Both the position numbers and the translations under genes were made by a program. 64,000 bases of DNA from a virus. The DNA lies in IMG/VR virus record IMGVR_UViG_3300021405_000007, positions 1 to 64,000 of that record, one strand, 5' to 3'. The notes under the pieces are model-generated. The model ran no database searches. It was given only the letters and a program-made list of their open reading frames with translations, and was not told the origin of the DNA. Below are positions 9,343 through 20,193 of the stretch, piece by piece. Every line of letters begins with the position of its first letter. Within the stretch, counting starts at the first letter, position 1.

Positions 9343-11255
9343 TAAAACCTGATTGGGCCAAAGACGGTCTAATTGTTGGCCCCAATGTTATAGAAGATGA
9401 CAATTTCTCAGAAGCTTTTCTTAAGGGAAAAAATGAACAAGGCTATAATATCTATTATTTTCCTAATCATAACTCTACCCCACTAGATAAACCCTTTCTA
9501 AGTGGCAAAGATGTAAATATATTCAATTATTGTTTTGTTGACATGGATCTTAAAGACGGCATCTATCAATCAGTAGAAACTTTTGTTGATCTTGTTCTAA
9601 CTGAATCTCCTAAACCTAATAGAGTAGTTTTTTCTGGTAATGGAGTACACGCCTATTGGGAGGTTGCTAATCTATCAGTTGAGTCTTACGTGGAATTACA
9701 ACTGAGGCTAATAAAAAAATACAAAACCGATAAGTCTATTTGGACAGTTCTTCAACTTATGCGTTTACCTGGATTTTATAATACAAAAGATCAAAATAAT
9801 TTTAAATTCGTAGAAGAACTAAAAGTTCATAGTGACAAATATTCAGTTTTAGATTTAAAATCAGTTTTACCGGAATTGAATAATGAGGACAAAAGAAAAA
9901 TGGAGACTCATTTGAATAAAGTAAAAGGTTTAGAAGAGTTCGCTGATTTTGATGAAACAGAAGTTGAGATACCAGAAAAATTTATTGAAATGCTCAATAA
10001 AAGTAAAGTGGTTCAGGATTTATGGGGGGCAGAACAGGGTGAACGCTCCGAAGCTGATTATAAATTGGCCAAAGTTCTTTTTGATCTAGATTATAGAAGA
10101 GATGAAGCTTTGGCAGTTATTATGAATACCAATAAAGCTTTGGCTAAAGGTGCACATAAGAAATCCTATGCCCTTACAGTTGTGGGTACGGCTTATGCTA
10201 ATAAGGCCAAAAACTATGTCCCTTCTGCAGCTCAAATGCTTAGAGATGGTCTATTAACCAAGAAAAGAGGCACTCAAGTGAGGGGACCTGCATATTTGGA
10301 TTGCTTATACCATGGTTGGAGAACAGGCCAATTATTAGGTTTAATTGGTTCCCCAGGAGTAGGGAAAACAACCACTACACTTGATATGTTTTATGGAATG
10401 ATCAAAAATAATCCACAAGAAGATGATATCTTTATATTTTTTAGTCTTGAAATGCCGGCTAGTGAAATAATTGAAAAATGGCAAAACTTGACACAGGGGG
10501 AAGATCATTTAAGTGAAAAACTTTACGTAGTATCCAATGAATCAGATGGAGGAGAAGGAAAATTTTTAAGTCTCCAAGATATTTATAGTTATACAAAAGA
10601 TATCAGCAAAGTCTCTGGAAAAAAAGTTAAAGCTATTGCCATAGATCATGGAGGTTTGATCAATCCAACTATAGATGTTAGTCGTGAACCTTCTTTTGGT
10701 TTAAAAGGACGAGAAGATCTTGGTTACGGCACTAAAAAGACTATGTCAGATAGAGATAAACCAACCTTTGTTAAAGCTTTAGCAAAAGAATTAGATATAT
10801 TCGTGATCCTTCAAAGTCAAACTACGAAAGATAAGGCCGGAGATGGAGATGTTCCTCTAGGTTTAGGTGCAGCTTTCGGCGCCAGTCAATATGAACAAGC
10901 TATGGACTTCATAATTACAATTTGGAGACCCCTGAAGCGTGTAAGTCATAAAAGCACTTTAGCAGTAACAGCTTGGCAATTATGTAAAAATCGCCACCAA
11001 CACAAACTCGATAAAGTTAAACCTTTCGAACCTTGCGTTTTATTTGTAGACTTAGATAATGGAAAATTTAGAGATTTGACGGATCTAGAATTCGAGCAAT
11101 TTCTTCACTTAAATGGTGAAGCTACCCAATTGAGAAAAATGAGTGAAAAAGAGAAAGGCGTCTTCTATAGTCACAATGGTGACTTTGAACTGAGTTCTGC
11201 AAACTTAGAAGGAGAGCAAGATGAATCACACGAAGTACAAGATAATAACCAATAA
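9327..11255 (+). CDS. primase-helicase (RepB/AEP-like primase plus DnaB-like helicase)
   Basis: FVDMD, SGNGVHAYW, MRLPG; Walker A GSPGVGKT, FSLEM, IDH, QSQ. Confidence 0.88.
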   Translation: MRYRLIKPDWAKDGLIVGPNVIEDDNFSEAFLKGKNEQGYNIYYFPNHNSTPLDKPFLSGKDVNIFNYCFVDMDLKDGIYQSVETFVDLVLTESPKPNRVVFSGNGVHAYWEVANLSVESYVELQLRLIKKYKTDKSIWTVLQLMRLPGFYNTKDQNNFKFVEELKVHSDKYSVLDLKSVLPELNNEDKRKMETHLNKVKGLEEFADFDETEVEIPEKFIEMLNKSKVVQDLWGAEQGERSEADYKLAKVLFDLDYRRDEALAVIMNTNKALAKGAHKKSYALTVVGTAYANKAKNYVPSAAQMLRDGLLTKKRGTQVRGPAYLDCLYHGWRTGQLLGLIGSPGVGKTTTTLDMFYGMIKNNPQEDDIFIFFSLEMPASEIIEKWQNLTQGEDHLSEKLYVVSNESDGGEGKFLSLQDIYSYTKDISKVSGKKVKAIAIDHGGLINPTIDVSREPSFGLKGREDLGYGTKKTMSDRDKPTFVKALAKELDIFVILQSQTTKDKAGDGDVPLGLGAAFGASQYEQAMDFIITIWRPLKRVSHKSTLAVTAWQLCKNRHQHKLDKVKPFEPCVLFVDLDNGKFRDLTDLEFEQFLHLNGEATQLRKMSEKEKGVFYSHNGDFELSSANLEGEQDESHEVQDNNQ

Positions 11256-13851
11256 ATGGGACTTAGCTTCATTAAAAGAACAATTGCTACAAGATGATGG
11301 TGAAATTCCTGCTCACCCTTTACTAGCCTTTGATACAGAAACCAACGGTTTAGCTCACTGGAAAAATGTTGTTATAGGTTTCTCTATATCTACAAGTTCA
11401 AAAGATGGCTACTATATCCCCCTTCTTGATTGGAAGGATGGTCAATTTCAAGATTTTTGGAATCCCGAAAAGAAATATCCCGAATCTATAACTCAAGAAG
11501 GATACAAACCTCCTGATTTTATTATAGATTTTATGAAAATGCTCTATAACTCACAGTTTCAACTTATTATGCATAATGCTCCTTTTGACGTACTTATGGT
11601 TCGAGCTAATTTTGGAGTGGATCTAACAGATAACCTTTTTTGTGACACGCTGTTACTTAAGCATATTTTAGATGAGAACACTTCTTGTGGCCTAAAAGAA
11701 ACGGCTCTTTTATGGCAAAAAGACCTTAAAATTCCAGTAGATGAGGTAGCTAATCAAGAACAAATAGATATGGCTAAATCAGTCATAAAAAATGGGGGAA
11801 AATTTAATAAAAAAGGTCGAAAAGATATATGGAGGGCTGACCTAGAAGTTTTGGGACATTACGCCGCAGCTGACACTGCTTTGACTTTCGGTCTCTTTGA
11901 AGTTGGTATGACTAAACTTGAAAAAGAATATGAACCTAAACACTTTAAATGGTTTTTCGAAGATGAAGTTATGCCCCTCTGTAAAGAGGTGGTCATTCCC
12001 ATGAAGAGACAGGGAATGCAGATAGATGTTGACTATTTCAATAAACTGAATATTGAAACCGATGCCAAATTAATTGAACTAGAAGATGAAATTATAAACG
12101 CCTTACAAAAAGATAATTATCTTTCAGACTTTAAAAAAGGTAAATCAGTAGAAGAAGTCGCAAATAAAAAGAAGTTAATAGAAGTTTTTCTTGAAATTGA
12201 AGGTTTAGAGATCCCAATAAATGTTAAAGGTAAAAAATCTCTATCAAAAGATTTAGTCGCAAAAAAATATGCAGAAACAGGTCATTGGATTTGGGGCTAT
12301 ATATTAGGGGAAGTAGAATGTCCTTACTCAGAGGAACAAGTAAATGAATTAAAAGCCTATATATTCAAACTGAAGACTAAACATAGATATGCCTTCAATA
12401 TAAACTCAGTTTTCCATCTTAGGTGGCTATTTTGTGAAAAATTAAAACATGATCCCAAGAAACTTCCTCAAACTGACTCAGCTACTGAACTTAAACCCAT
12501 TCCTAGCATGGACGCTGAAGTAATTGAACAGTTTTTTGCTCCAAAGTATGATTTCGCTAAGAAATTGCTAACTTATAAAAAACTTCAGAAGTTGAGTGGA
12601 ACCTATATAAAAGGTGCCTTAAATTTACACCACAATGGAACCCTTTATGTAGATATGTTTCAAAATGGTACGATATCGGGAAGATTTTCCTGTGGTGGCG
12701 GATATAATCTTCAAACCCTTCCAAGAGCGGAAGATTTAACTAGCTGCAGATCTTGTGGAAGTAAAAATGTCGAAGTTACCAATAAGATAGAAATCTTAGC
12801 CACAGTTTCCTGTAAAGATTGTAAGAAAGTTCATACAGATATAGTATGCCCTTCAGTCATAAAGAAAGGTATTATAGCTCCAAAAGGTAAAAAAATTATC
12901 GCAGCTGATTATTCTAGCTTGGAGCCTAGAATTTTCTGCGAAATTTCAACTGATTCTAGACTTAAAGCCATATTTTTGAATGGTTGGGATTTCTATTCTG
13001 CTTTGTATTGTGATACAGAAGGTAAAAATAGCGGATACTCCAAAGATCCAAACCATCCTAGATACCTTAAAAAGGTTGCCAAAAACATTCGAGATGAGTT
13101 CAAAGCTTGTGCTCTTGCGATTCCTTATGGAGCTAGAAGAGGGCAAGTAGCCAACCTTAGAGGGTACAAAAAGACTATTTATAATTTTGACGGATCTAAA
13201 AAAGAAGTTCTAGATTTTGACAAAGGTCAAAAATTCATAGATGAATATTTAGGCGCTTATCCAGACCTCCATGCTTTTATGCTTAAGCAAATAGAGAAAG
13301 CTCACAAAGACGGATGGGTGGAAACTTTTATTGCTCGAAGACGACATTTCATGTGGACTCAAGAAGTCTATAAAGTTTTAAAAAAAGCAGGAATAAGTTA
13401 TGAAAAATTCTTGGATGAGAGTTCTAAAAATCTAAAAACTTTTTATTATGAAAAACAGATGGGAAAAACTGAACTAACTGAATTGTTAGAGAAAGTCGGA
13501 GTAAGTTCTTGGGATCAAAAGAAGAAAAGAGCCAGAGACTGGTTATTTGTAAGGAATGTTTATAAAAATGAGGTCAATAACGCCATAAATGTAGCTATAC
13601 AAGGAGCTGCAGCCCATGTATGCAATAGAGCGATGCTTGAGATAAATCGTAGGTTTAAAAAAGAAAAACTCGATAGTTGGATATGCTTGCAAGTCCACGA
13701 TGAGGTTGTAACCTATGCAAATGCTTCAGAAATTTCAGAAAGTGAAAGAATAATTCAAGATTGCATGGAACACAATGAGTATGCTAAGTTAATTAGTGTG
13801 CCTTTGATTGCTGAACCTAAAGTAGCCTTAAATATGCGAGATGCAAAATGA
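11221..13851 (+). CDS. polA: family A DNA polymerase with 3'-5' exonuclease
   Basis: FDTETNG, HNAPFD, YAAAD, TISGRFS, NLQTLP, ADYSSLEPR, R...K...L...YG, IQG, QVHDE. Confidence 0.95.
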   Translation: MNHTKYKIITNKWDLASLKEQLLQDDGEIPAHPLLAFDTETNGLAHWKNVVIGFSISTSSKDGYYIPLLDWKDGQFQDFWNPEKKYPESITQEGYKPPDFIIDFMKMLYNSQFQLIMHNAPFDVLMVRANFGVDLTDNLFCDTLLLKHILDENTSCGLKETALLWQKDLKIPVDEVANQEQIDMAKSVIKNGGKFNKKGRKDIWRADLEVLGHYAAADTALTFGLFEVGMTKLEKEYEPKHFKWFFEDEVMPLCKEVVIPMKRQGMQIDVDYFNKLNIETDAKLIELEDEIINALQKDNYLSDFKKGKSVEEVANKKKLIEVFLEIEGLEIPINVKGKKSLSKDLVAKKYAETGHWIWGYILGEVECPYSEEQVNELKAYIFKLKTKHRYAFNINSVFHLRWLFCEKLKHDPKKLPQTDSATELKPIPSMDAEVIEQFFAPKYDFAKKLLTYKKLQKLSGTYIKGALNLHHNGTLYVDMFQNGTISGRFSCGGGYNLQTLPRAEDLTSCRSCGSKNVEVTNKIEILATVSCKDCKKVHTDIVCPSVIKKGIIAPKGKKIIAADYSSLEPRIFCEISTDSRLKAIFLNGWDFYSALYCDTEGKNSGYSKDPNHPRYLKKVAKNIRDEFKACALAIPYGARRGQVANLRGYKKTIYNFDGSKKEVLDFDKGQKFIDEYLGAYPDLHAFMLKQIEKAHKDGWVETFIARRRHFMWTQEVYKVLKKAGISYEKFLDESSKNLKTFYYEKQMGKTELTELLEKVGVSSWDQKKKRARDWLFVRNVYKNEVNNAINVAIQGAAAHVCNRAMLEINRRFKKEKLDSWICLQVHDEVVTYANASEISESERIIQDCMEHNEYAKLISVPLIAEPKVALNMRDAK

Positions 13852-14501
13852 TAGTTTTTGGTTTAATCGGAGCTAAAGGTGCTGGTAAAACAACAGCCTT
13901 TAAAATTATGAAGGAGTTAAATCCAGAAATAGTAGAAATCACTCTCGCTAAAAAGCTGAAAGAAACTTGTGCCAATATATTTGAGTTACCATTTGAAATA
14001 TTTGATGATCCTAAACTTAAAGAAAAAACATTAGATATCCCAATCTACCTATCTAGAGATTCAATTGAGGCTATTTTAATCTCATTTGGTCAAGTGCTTA
14101 ATTTTAATGCTTATATTAGACACCATATTGGCAAAATATTCACTACTCCTAGAAAAGCCATGCAATACATAGGTACTGAAATACTCAGAAGTATAGACGA
14201 AAATATTCATTGCGAACAAGCATCTGAGAATATTAATGGCAAAAAGTCTGCTGTGGTTACAGATATCAGATTCCCAAGTGAAGCAAAATTTTTTCAAAAA
14301 AATTATAATGATTTTCTAATGTTATATATAAAAAATACCCATGCTGAAATGGCTGCTCAAGTAGACAATCATGCTTCAGAACGACATTTAGAAACCCTCA
14401 AAAAGGGAGCATTAATAATAGAAAACGAAACATCTATAGATGCTTTTGAAAAAAATATTAAATCAACATTAAAAATTTTTCTAGATTCTAAGGGAGTTTA
14501 A
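13848..14501 (+). CDS. deoxynucleoside monophosphate kinase
   Basis: GAKGAGKTT, PRKAMQYIGTE, VTDIRFPSE, HASE. Confidence 0.88.
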   Translation: MIVFGLIGAKGAGKTTAFKIMKELNPEIVEITLAKKLKETCANIFELPFEIFDDPKLKEKTLDIPIYLSRDSIEAILISFGQVLNFNAYIRHHIGKIFTTPRKAMQYIGTEILRSIDENIHCEQASENINGKKSAVVTDIRFPSEAKFFQKNYNDFLMLYIKNTHAEMAAQVDNHASERHLETLKKGALIIENETSIDAFEKNIKSTLKIFLDSKGV

Positions 14502-14502
14502 C

Positions 14503-14682
14503 TTGGATAAAGTTCAAATATATACTGCATTTGCTCTTTTTCTAGAGATACTTTGGACTGGTATTCGCGCTGCACGAACTAATGAAACCTCAGTAATAAC
14601 TTTCTTATCTGCTTTAATTTCTGGATTGACTTTAGTCATACTATATTTACCAATTTTAGGAAGGATATTCAATTTATGGTGA
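14503..14682 (+). CDS. small membrane protein (not in ORF track)
   Basis: TTG start after GGGAG; MDKVQIYTAFALFLEILW...LPILGRIFNLW, two hydrophobic segments. Confidence 0.55.
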   Translation: MDKVQIYTAFALFLEILWTGIRAARTNETSVITFLSALISGLTLVILYLPILGRIFNLW

Positions 14683-15068
14683 AACAAACAAATGATGAAA
14701 TCTTGAAACAAAAAATTTGGGAGCATTTAGAATTAATAAAATATTCCACTAAAAGTATCTCTGAATCTCCTGATAGAGCTACTAAATTCTTGATTATGCA
14801 AGCTATTTTAGTGGATGAAAAACGAAAAAGTGAAGAAGATAAAGTTAAATTAACGACTCTAGTAGAAGCTTCATTTTCGGAAGCTGTTGGAAAAGCTTCT
14901 GGTGGAATAACTGAAAAAAAGCTTTCTGCAGAGCGGGATTTATCGTATATTGAAGCTAGGGAAGCTTTAGGGGAGTGCGAAGCAAAGATTAGTTGGCTCA
15001 AGTCTTATGTTGAAATTTTTAATAACGGACACATCTGCTATCGCGGATTAATGAGGGAGTCTCTATGA
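14676..15068 (+). CDS. UvsY-like recombination mediator (putative)
   Basis: helical 130 aa protein immediately upstream of the recombinase. Confidence 0.5.
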   Translation: MVKQTNDEILKQKIWEHLELIKYSTKSISESPDRATKFLIMQAILVDEKRKSEEDKVKLTTLVEASFSEAVGKASGGITEKKLSAERDLSYIEAREALGECEAKISWLKSYVEIFNNGHICYRGLMRESL

Positions 15069-15970
15069 GTAAATTTAATTTTTCAGATGTGATAACAGAT
15101 ATTAAGGATTCTTTGAAAAAAGACAAAAAATCTGAACTTTTAGATGGAGTAGCTTTAGGTTCAGATATGGTAGAAGCATCAAAAGATCCAAAAGACTACG
15201 TAGTTATGCCTTCTTGGTTTGAAGAGTCTTATGGAGTTCTTGGCTTGCCCTTCGGTAAAATGTTTCAGATAGCGGGACTTAGCGACAGTGGAAAAACTTC
15301 CACAGCCATTACAGCCATGAAAGCAGCACAACAGCAAGGTTTTGGAATCGTCTACATCGAAACCGAGAGCAAAACTTCTCCTCAGGATTTGTTAGATTGG
15401 GGAGTTGATCCTGACGACGTAATGTTAATTAAAACCAATATTACAGAAAGAGCTTTTGAACTTGCCTTTAGATCAATCGAAGCTTTTTTTGCCTCTTACC
15501 CTAAAGAAAAACTCCTATTTATTTATGATAGTTTTGGAAACACCACATCCCTTCACGACCAAGCTGTGGATTTACTTGAAGGTCATCAAAAGGTTGGTGG
15601 TGCAGCAAAAACTAATAGATTAGGTTTGGGTAGGCTGGTAACTTTGATGGATAAATACCCTATTGCAGTTTTGATTGTTAATTATCATTATGCTAATATG
15701 GGATCTCCGGGTAATACCCAAGCGGGAGGAAACGCGCTGAAATTTTATTCAATGATCATTGTGGAGTCTTCTCGAACCGGAGATTGGATTAGAACTATAG
15801 ATAAACAAAAGGTCAAAGCTGGAGCCTTTGTTAAGTTTAAAACTATTAAGAATCATTTTCAAAAAATCGCTACTGATGCTGAGGGAAAACGACGCATGCT
15901 ACCAAAAGAACTTAACCTAAGAATTTCAGCATCAGGCATGGAAAAAGTTGATGGGAATTCAGATGAGTAG
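15065..15970 (+). CDS. RecA/UvsX-like recombinase
   Basis: GLPFG, GLSDSGKT, YIETE, IYDS, GGNALKFYS. Confidence 0.92.
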   Translation: MSKFNFSDVITDIKDSLKKDKKSELLDGVALGSDMVEASKDPKDYVVMPSWFEESYGVLGLPFGKMFQIAGLSDSGKTSTAITAMKAAQQQGFGIVYIETESKTSPQDLLDWGVDPDDVMLIKTNITERAFELAFRSIEAFFASYPKEKLLFIYDSFGNTTSLHDQAVDLLEGHQKVGGAAKTNRLGLGRLVTLMDKYPIAVLIVNYHYANMGSPGNTQAGGNALKFYSMIIVESSRTGDWIRTIDKQKVKAGAFVKFKTIKNHFQKIATDAEGKRRMLPKELNLRISASGMEKVDGNSDE

Positions 15971-16265
15971 CTACGCAGCTTGTAATATGAGTAGTTACGC
16001 CATTTGTAATAAGTGCCATTGGATTCATTATAAAGTCTCCAGACAACAAGCGGAAGAGCAAGTCATTAAATTTAATGAATATTTTGATAAACTTTCTTTA
16101 AAAGAACAAGAAAAGTTTTTTGGTGAGGAAAGGCCACACATCAAAAAATACGAAAGTTGCCATTTATGTGCTGGTTCTTACAAGAATTTTCGGGAAGGAA
16201 CAGAAGAGGATGATAAAAGGGCTTACGGCTGTACCATCAGTCCTATAATAGGGAAAGAGGAGTAA
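15963..16265 (+). CDS. Cys-rich hypothetical protein
   Basis: CNKC...CHLC. Confidence 0.55.
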   Translation: MSSYAACNMSSYAICNKCHWIHYKVSRQQAEEQVIKFNEYFDKLSLKEQEKFFGEERPHIKKYESCHLCAGSYKNFREGTEEDDKRAYGCTISPIIGKEE

Positions 16266-16541
16266 ATGAAAGCAAGCCTTAATTTTGATTTACCAGAAGA
16301 AAAAGAAGCGTTTGAAGCTGCTTTAAATGGTGAAAAAGCTTTAATTGCTCTCCATGAGATAAGACAAAAGATCTTTAGACCCGCCCGTAAGAGTGGGTAT
16401 TCTAACAGAAAGATAGAAGAGTTGTTGGAAAAGCTTGATACTCTGGTAGGATCTACAGAGGGGGGTGCTACGGAACTAATAAGTATGCTTGAAACAGAGT
16501 TTTTAGAAATTTTAAAGGACTTCGAAATTACAGGAATTTAA
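16266..16541 (+). CDS. hypothetical protein
   Basis: ORF with SD GAGGAG. Confidence 0.6.
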   Translation: MKASLNFDLPEEKEAFEAALNGEKALIALHEIRQKIFRPARKSGYSNRKIEELLEKLDTLVGSTEGGATELISMLETEFLEILKDFEITGI

Positions 16542-16542
16542 A

Positions 16543-17514
16543 ATGTCTAAATTTACAGTAGTTGGGGATATACATTGCAAACTTGAAAATTTGGATAAAG
16601 TTAAACTTTTATTCGAAATAATCGAGAGTTTAGGTAACCCGACTATTCTACTTGGGGATCTTTTAGATACGAAGGATTTAGTTAGAGCTAGATGCCTCAA
16701 TCTTTACTATGAGTGTTTTTCTAAATCTAAATTGGAATTCACTGTGTTAGTTGGGAACCACGATTTGATAAATATCGATAGGAAAGATCATGCCCTCACC
16801 CCTCTCTGTGCTCTAAAAAATGTCACAATAGTCGATGAACCTTATATATCTACCAACTACCTTTTTCTACCCTATAATAAGAGTTTATCAGAACTTTCAG
16901 AAAGTGTGATTCATGCTAAAGAATCAGAAATAAAATTTATATTCGGTCATCTAGATATTCAAAATTTTAATTATGGGAATGGAATAATTTCTCAAGAGGG
17001 CTTTAAATTAGAAGACTTTAAAGGTTTTAAAAGAGTACTATTAGGACATTACCATTGTTTCCAAACAAAGGATAATCTTACTTACCTAGGAACCCCTTTT
17101 TCTCACTCTTTTGGCGAATCAGATCAGACTAAATACATAGGAATCTTAGATATCGAAATAAATCAACTAGAATTATTAGAAACACCTTTCCCTAAACATA
17201 GAACTTTTGAAATAAATTGTGATGCAGTAACTCCAAACTCATTAGAATTCAAAGATTTAATGGAAAACTCCTTTAAGATAAATATGAATGATTACAATAG
17301 GATAATTCTTAGCGGAAGTTCTTATAATATCAGTCAAGTTCAAAGACAAGCAGGAATCAAATATATCGAGAAACCCACTATTTCGAAAGTCCAAAAATTC
17401 AATATTGACGAAACTCTCACCCATGAGCAACAATTTAGAAAATGGTCAGAATTGATCAAAAAATATGATGGTAAGACCCTAGAACTTGGAATGGAGATTT
17501 TAAAAAATGTTTGA
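16543..17514 (+). CDS. SbcD/Mre11-like nuclease
   Basis: GDIH, LGD, GNHD, GHYH, YLGTP...FGE. Confidence 0.9.
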   Translation: MSKFTVVGDIHCKLENLDKVKLLFEIIESLGNPTILLGDLLDTKDLVRARCLNLYYECFSKSKLEFTVLVGNHDLINIDRKDHALTPLCALKNVTIVDEPYISTNYLFLPYNKSLSELSESVIHAKESEIKFIFGHLDIQNFNYGNGIISQEGFKLEDFKGFKRVLLGHYHCFQTKDNLTYLGTPFSHSFGESDQTKYIGILDIEINQLELLETPFPKHRTFEINCDAVTPNSLEFKDLMENSFKINMNDYNRIILSGSSYNISQVQRQAGIKYIEKPTISKVQKFNIDETLTHEQQFRKWSELIKKYDGKTLELGMEILKNV

Positions 17515-19228
17515 GCGAATTTCTGCAGAAAACATTTTTTCATGGAAAAGTCTCAATTATGAAGTAAAATCAGGACTGTCTCAAATATCTGGAATCAATT
17601 TGGATGATGGTACTAGAGAAGGTGCCGGAAAATCCAGTATTTTCAATATTCTTTGTTGGACTTTATTTGGAAAAATCCCCAAAGATGTAAGAATTGATGA
17701 AGTTATAAAACAAGGAGAAAAGTATTGTGCGGGTAGAGTTGATCTACTAAATGGTTGGTCTGTTTATCGATCTAGAAATCCTAATAGATTTACTGTACTT
17801 GATGAAAATGAGAAAGAGCTACAAGGAAAAGATTCCAAGGAAACCCAAGAACTATTGGAAAAAAAGTTAGGGCTAACATTCGACCTTTTCTGTCAATCGA
17901 TATATTTTTCTCAAAATCATGATAAAAAGTTCATAACAGCAAATGAAACGGAAAAAGCTAAAATTTTATCAGATATTCAAGGTTTAAGCATATATGATAA
18001 GGCTAGAGATTCGGCGGTAAAACAGATAAAAGCCGCTCAAGTTGAGATTATCAGCCTCAATAATCAAAAATTAACCAATAATTCTGATTTAGAAGCAACT
18101 AATAAACTTATTCAATTTTTACAGATGGTTATCTTAGACACTGAAATAAAGAATCAGCAAATTCTTAAGAAATCTAAGGAAACTAAGGAAGGTCTTCAAG
18201 TTCAAATTAAAGCATTTGGAGAAGTAAGTTCTCAAAAGAGTGAAGTCTTAATAGCTCTTGAAAATGCTAAGAAAGAGAAAAAGTCTCTAGAAGACTCTAG
18301 AAAACAATATTTTAAGCTTCAAACTAGTATTAGGCAAAAAGAGCTTCATGAAAACAATCTTCCGAATGCCTGCACCAAGTGTGGGCATTACCCGAAAGGC
18401 TCTGACGAAGATTATAAAGCCCTCAATAGCTATAGGACGGAGATTATCAGACTGGAGAAGAGTGGCGCCCCACGTATTGATCCTCTTCAAAATATTGAAC
18501 AACTAGAAAATGATATTGAAAGCTTGCGTGGAATTCTAGAAAGTTTAGATATTCAAGAACGAGAAAAACTCCGTTTAGAACAGAAATTGGAGACTTTCTC
18601 AGAAGAGGCTGAAGTTAGGCTTAAAGGAGTAGAGAAAGAACACATTAAACTTGAAGAAGAAGAACTCCGTTTTGGAGAACTTCGTGAAAAAATACGAATG
18701 TTGAATCATAAAATAGATCTTAAACAAGAATTAGTAAAACATTTGGAACTTTTGAAAGATGGTTTCAAAGAAATAAAATCTTACATTTTTGCTTCCATAT
18801 TAGTAGATTTATCAATAAAAGCAACAGATTATGCCTTAGAACTCTTTGAAACTCCTATAATAATTAACTTTACAAATATTTCAGAAGATAGTAATCTATC
18901 AAAGATAGAAACTAGGATCACTCTTGATGGAGCTGAGAGATCACTTGGATTGCTAAGTGGCGGACAATCTCGGAGAGTTCAGTTAGCTACAGATCTAGCA
19001 CTATCCGAAATAGTTTCAAAGCGAGCTATCAGCCCAATTTTATTTAGAATTTTTGATGAAGCTAGCAAAGATCTCTCAACTGTTTCTATTGAACGTTTTA
19101 TGAAAATCTTGGAGAGATTGCCTGGATCAACAATCGTAGTTGATCATTCTGAATTAATTCAACCGATGATTCAGCAAAATTTTATGATAAAATTAGAGAA
19201 CGGTATAAGTACTGAAGATTCAAACTAA
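17507..19228 (+). CDS. SbcC/Rad50-like ATPase
   Basis: GAGKSS, coiled coil with CTKC hook, LSGGQ, IFDE, DH. Confidence 0.92.
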   Translation: MFERISAENIFSWKSLNYEVKSGLSQISGINLDDGTREGAGKSSIFNILCWTLFGKIPKDVRIDEVIKQGEKYCAGRVDLLNGWSVYRSRNPNRFTVLDENEKELQGKDSKETQELLEKKLGLTFDLFCQSIYFSQNHDKKFITANETEKAKILSDIQGLSIYDKARDSAVKQIKAAQVEIISLNNQKLTNNSDLEATNKLIQFLQMVILDTEIKNQQILKKSKETKEGLQVQIKAFGEVSSQKSEVLIALENAKKEKKSLEDSRKQYFKLQTSIRQKELHENNLPNACTKCGHYPKGSDEDYKALNSYRTEIIRLEKSGAPRIDPLQNIEQLENDIESLRGILESLDIQEREKLRLEQKLETFSEEAEVRLKGVEKEHIKLEEEELRFGELREKIRMLNHKIDLKQELVKHLELLKDGFKEIKSYIFASILVDLSIKATDYALELFETPIIINFTNISEDSNLSKIETRITLDGAERSLGLLSGGQSRRVQLATDLALSEIVSKRAISPILFRIFDEASKDLSTVSIERFMKILERLPGSTIVVDHSELIQPMIQQNFMIKLENGISTEDSN

Positions 19229-19237
19229 AAGGTTATT

Positions 19238-19549
19238 ATGGCTATTTGGTGCTATTTCTGCAAAATTTGTGGAGAGTCCTTTAAGACCAAGAAAACCATG
19301 CCCAAACATTGTGGAGTTGAATCCAATCGCCTTTTAACAAGTCCAGCAACCAAGTTTATGGAGAAAGAAGCTGGATCGGATAAGTCTACTTTGGTAAATG
19401 CAGATAAGATCTACCTAGAAAGAAGCAGGGCATATTCAAGAGACCATGAAATGGGAGATTTGGTAGAAATGAATAAAGAACATACCAATGCTGAAACACA
19501 GGGTTGGATTGTGGATGGTCGATTAAGGAAAAAAATAGATGATTTATAA
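19238..19549 (+). CDS. FmdB-like Zn-ribbon protein
   Basis: YFCKICG..F...HCG...RLL. Confidence 0.55.
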   Translation: MAIWCYFCKICGESFKTKKTMPKHCGVESNRLLTSPATKFMEKEAGSDKSTLVNADKIYLERSRAYSRDHEMGDLVEMNKEHTNAETQGWIVDGRLRKKIDDL

Positions 19550-19563
19550 AAAGAATCAAAAAA

Positions 19564-20193
19564 ATGGATAAAATCCTTCTATCCCTAGATTACTCGACCT
19601 CGTGCACTGGTTGGGCAAAATTTAATTTGGAAACTGGAAAATTGGTCTCTTTTGGGGAGATATATCCGGATTTTAAAAATAAAAAAATAAAAGGTAAATT
19701 TGAATTTGAATACCCAGAGTATCAGACTTTAAAATTAGAACGCTTAGCAGAACAAATAATAGAAAGTCTGATAGAAGATTCTATACAAATAATAGTGATA
19801 GAAGAAATAAATAAAGGTTCTGGAAGTGGTAGAATCGGGCAAAAAGTACTTGATGGCGGTCATTTTCTTTTACTTAGTTCACTTCCGAGAAATTTCTTAA
19901 AAAAAACAGTATATTGTGATTCAGACGGAAAAAAGGGTTGGAGATCAGCATCAGGACTGAAGCTTCAATTATCGGAAGTAGATCGCTTGAACAACAAAAA
20001 TATAAGGAAACTCAACAATAAACTTAAAAAAGGCAAAAAGTTACCTTTGTTAGATATTAAACAACTAGCTTGTAATTTCGTTAATAAACAATTTAGTCTA
20101 CATTTAGATATATCACAAAATGATATATGTGATGCAATTGGTATGGGTTGGCATTATTTGACTAATGTTTTGGGTGAAAAAAATGAAAGTTGA
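19564..20193 (+). CDS. RuvC-like Holliday junction resolvase
   Basis: LSLDYSTSCTGWA, IVIEE, NDICDAIGMG. Confidence 0.8.
   Translation: MDKILLSLDYSTSCTGWAKFNLETGKLVSFGEIYPDFKNKKIKGKFEFEYPEYQTLKLERLAEQIIESLIEDSIQIIVIEEINKGSGSGRIGQKVLDGGHFLLLSSLPRNFLKKTVYCDSDGKKGWRSASGLKLQLSEVDRLNNKNIRKLNNKLKKGKKLPLLDIKQLACNFVNKQFSLHLDISQNDICDAIGMGWHYLTNVLGEKNES

Noticed and set aside
12720-12850. Intein or intron in the DNA polymerase
   Set aside because: The insertion is only ~40 aa, in frame, with no intein terminal residues or endonuclease motifs.
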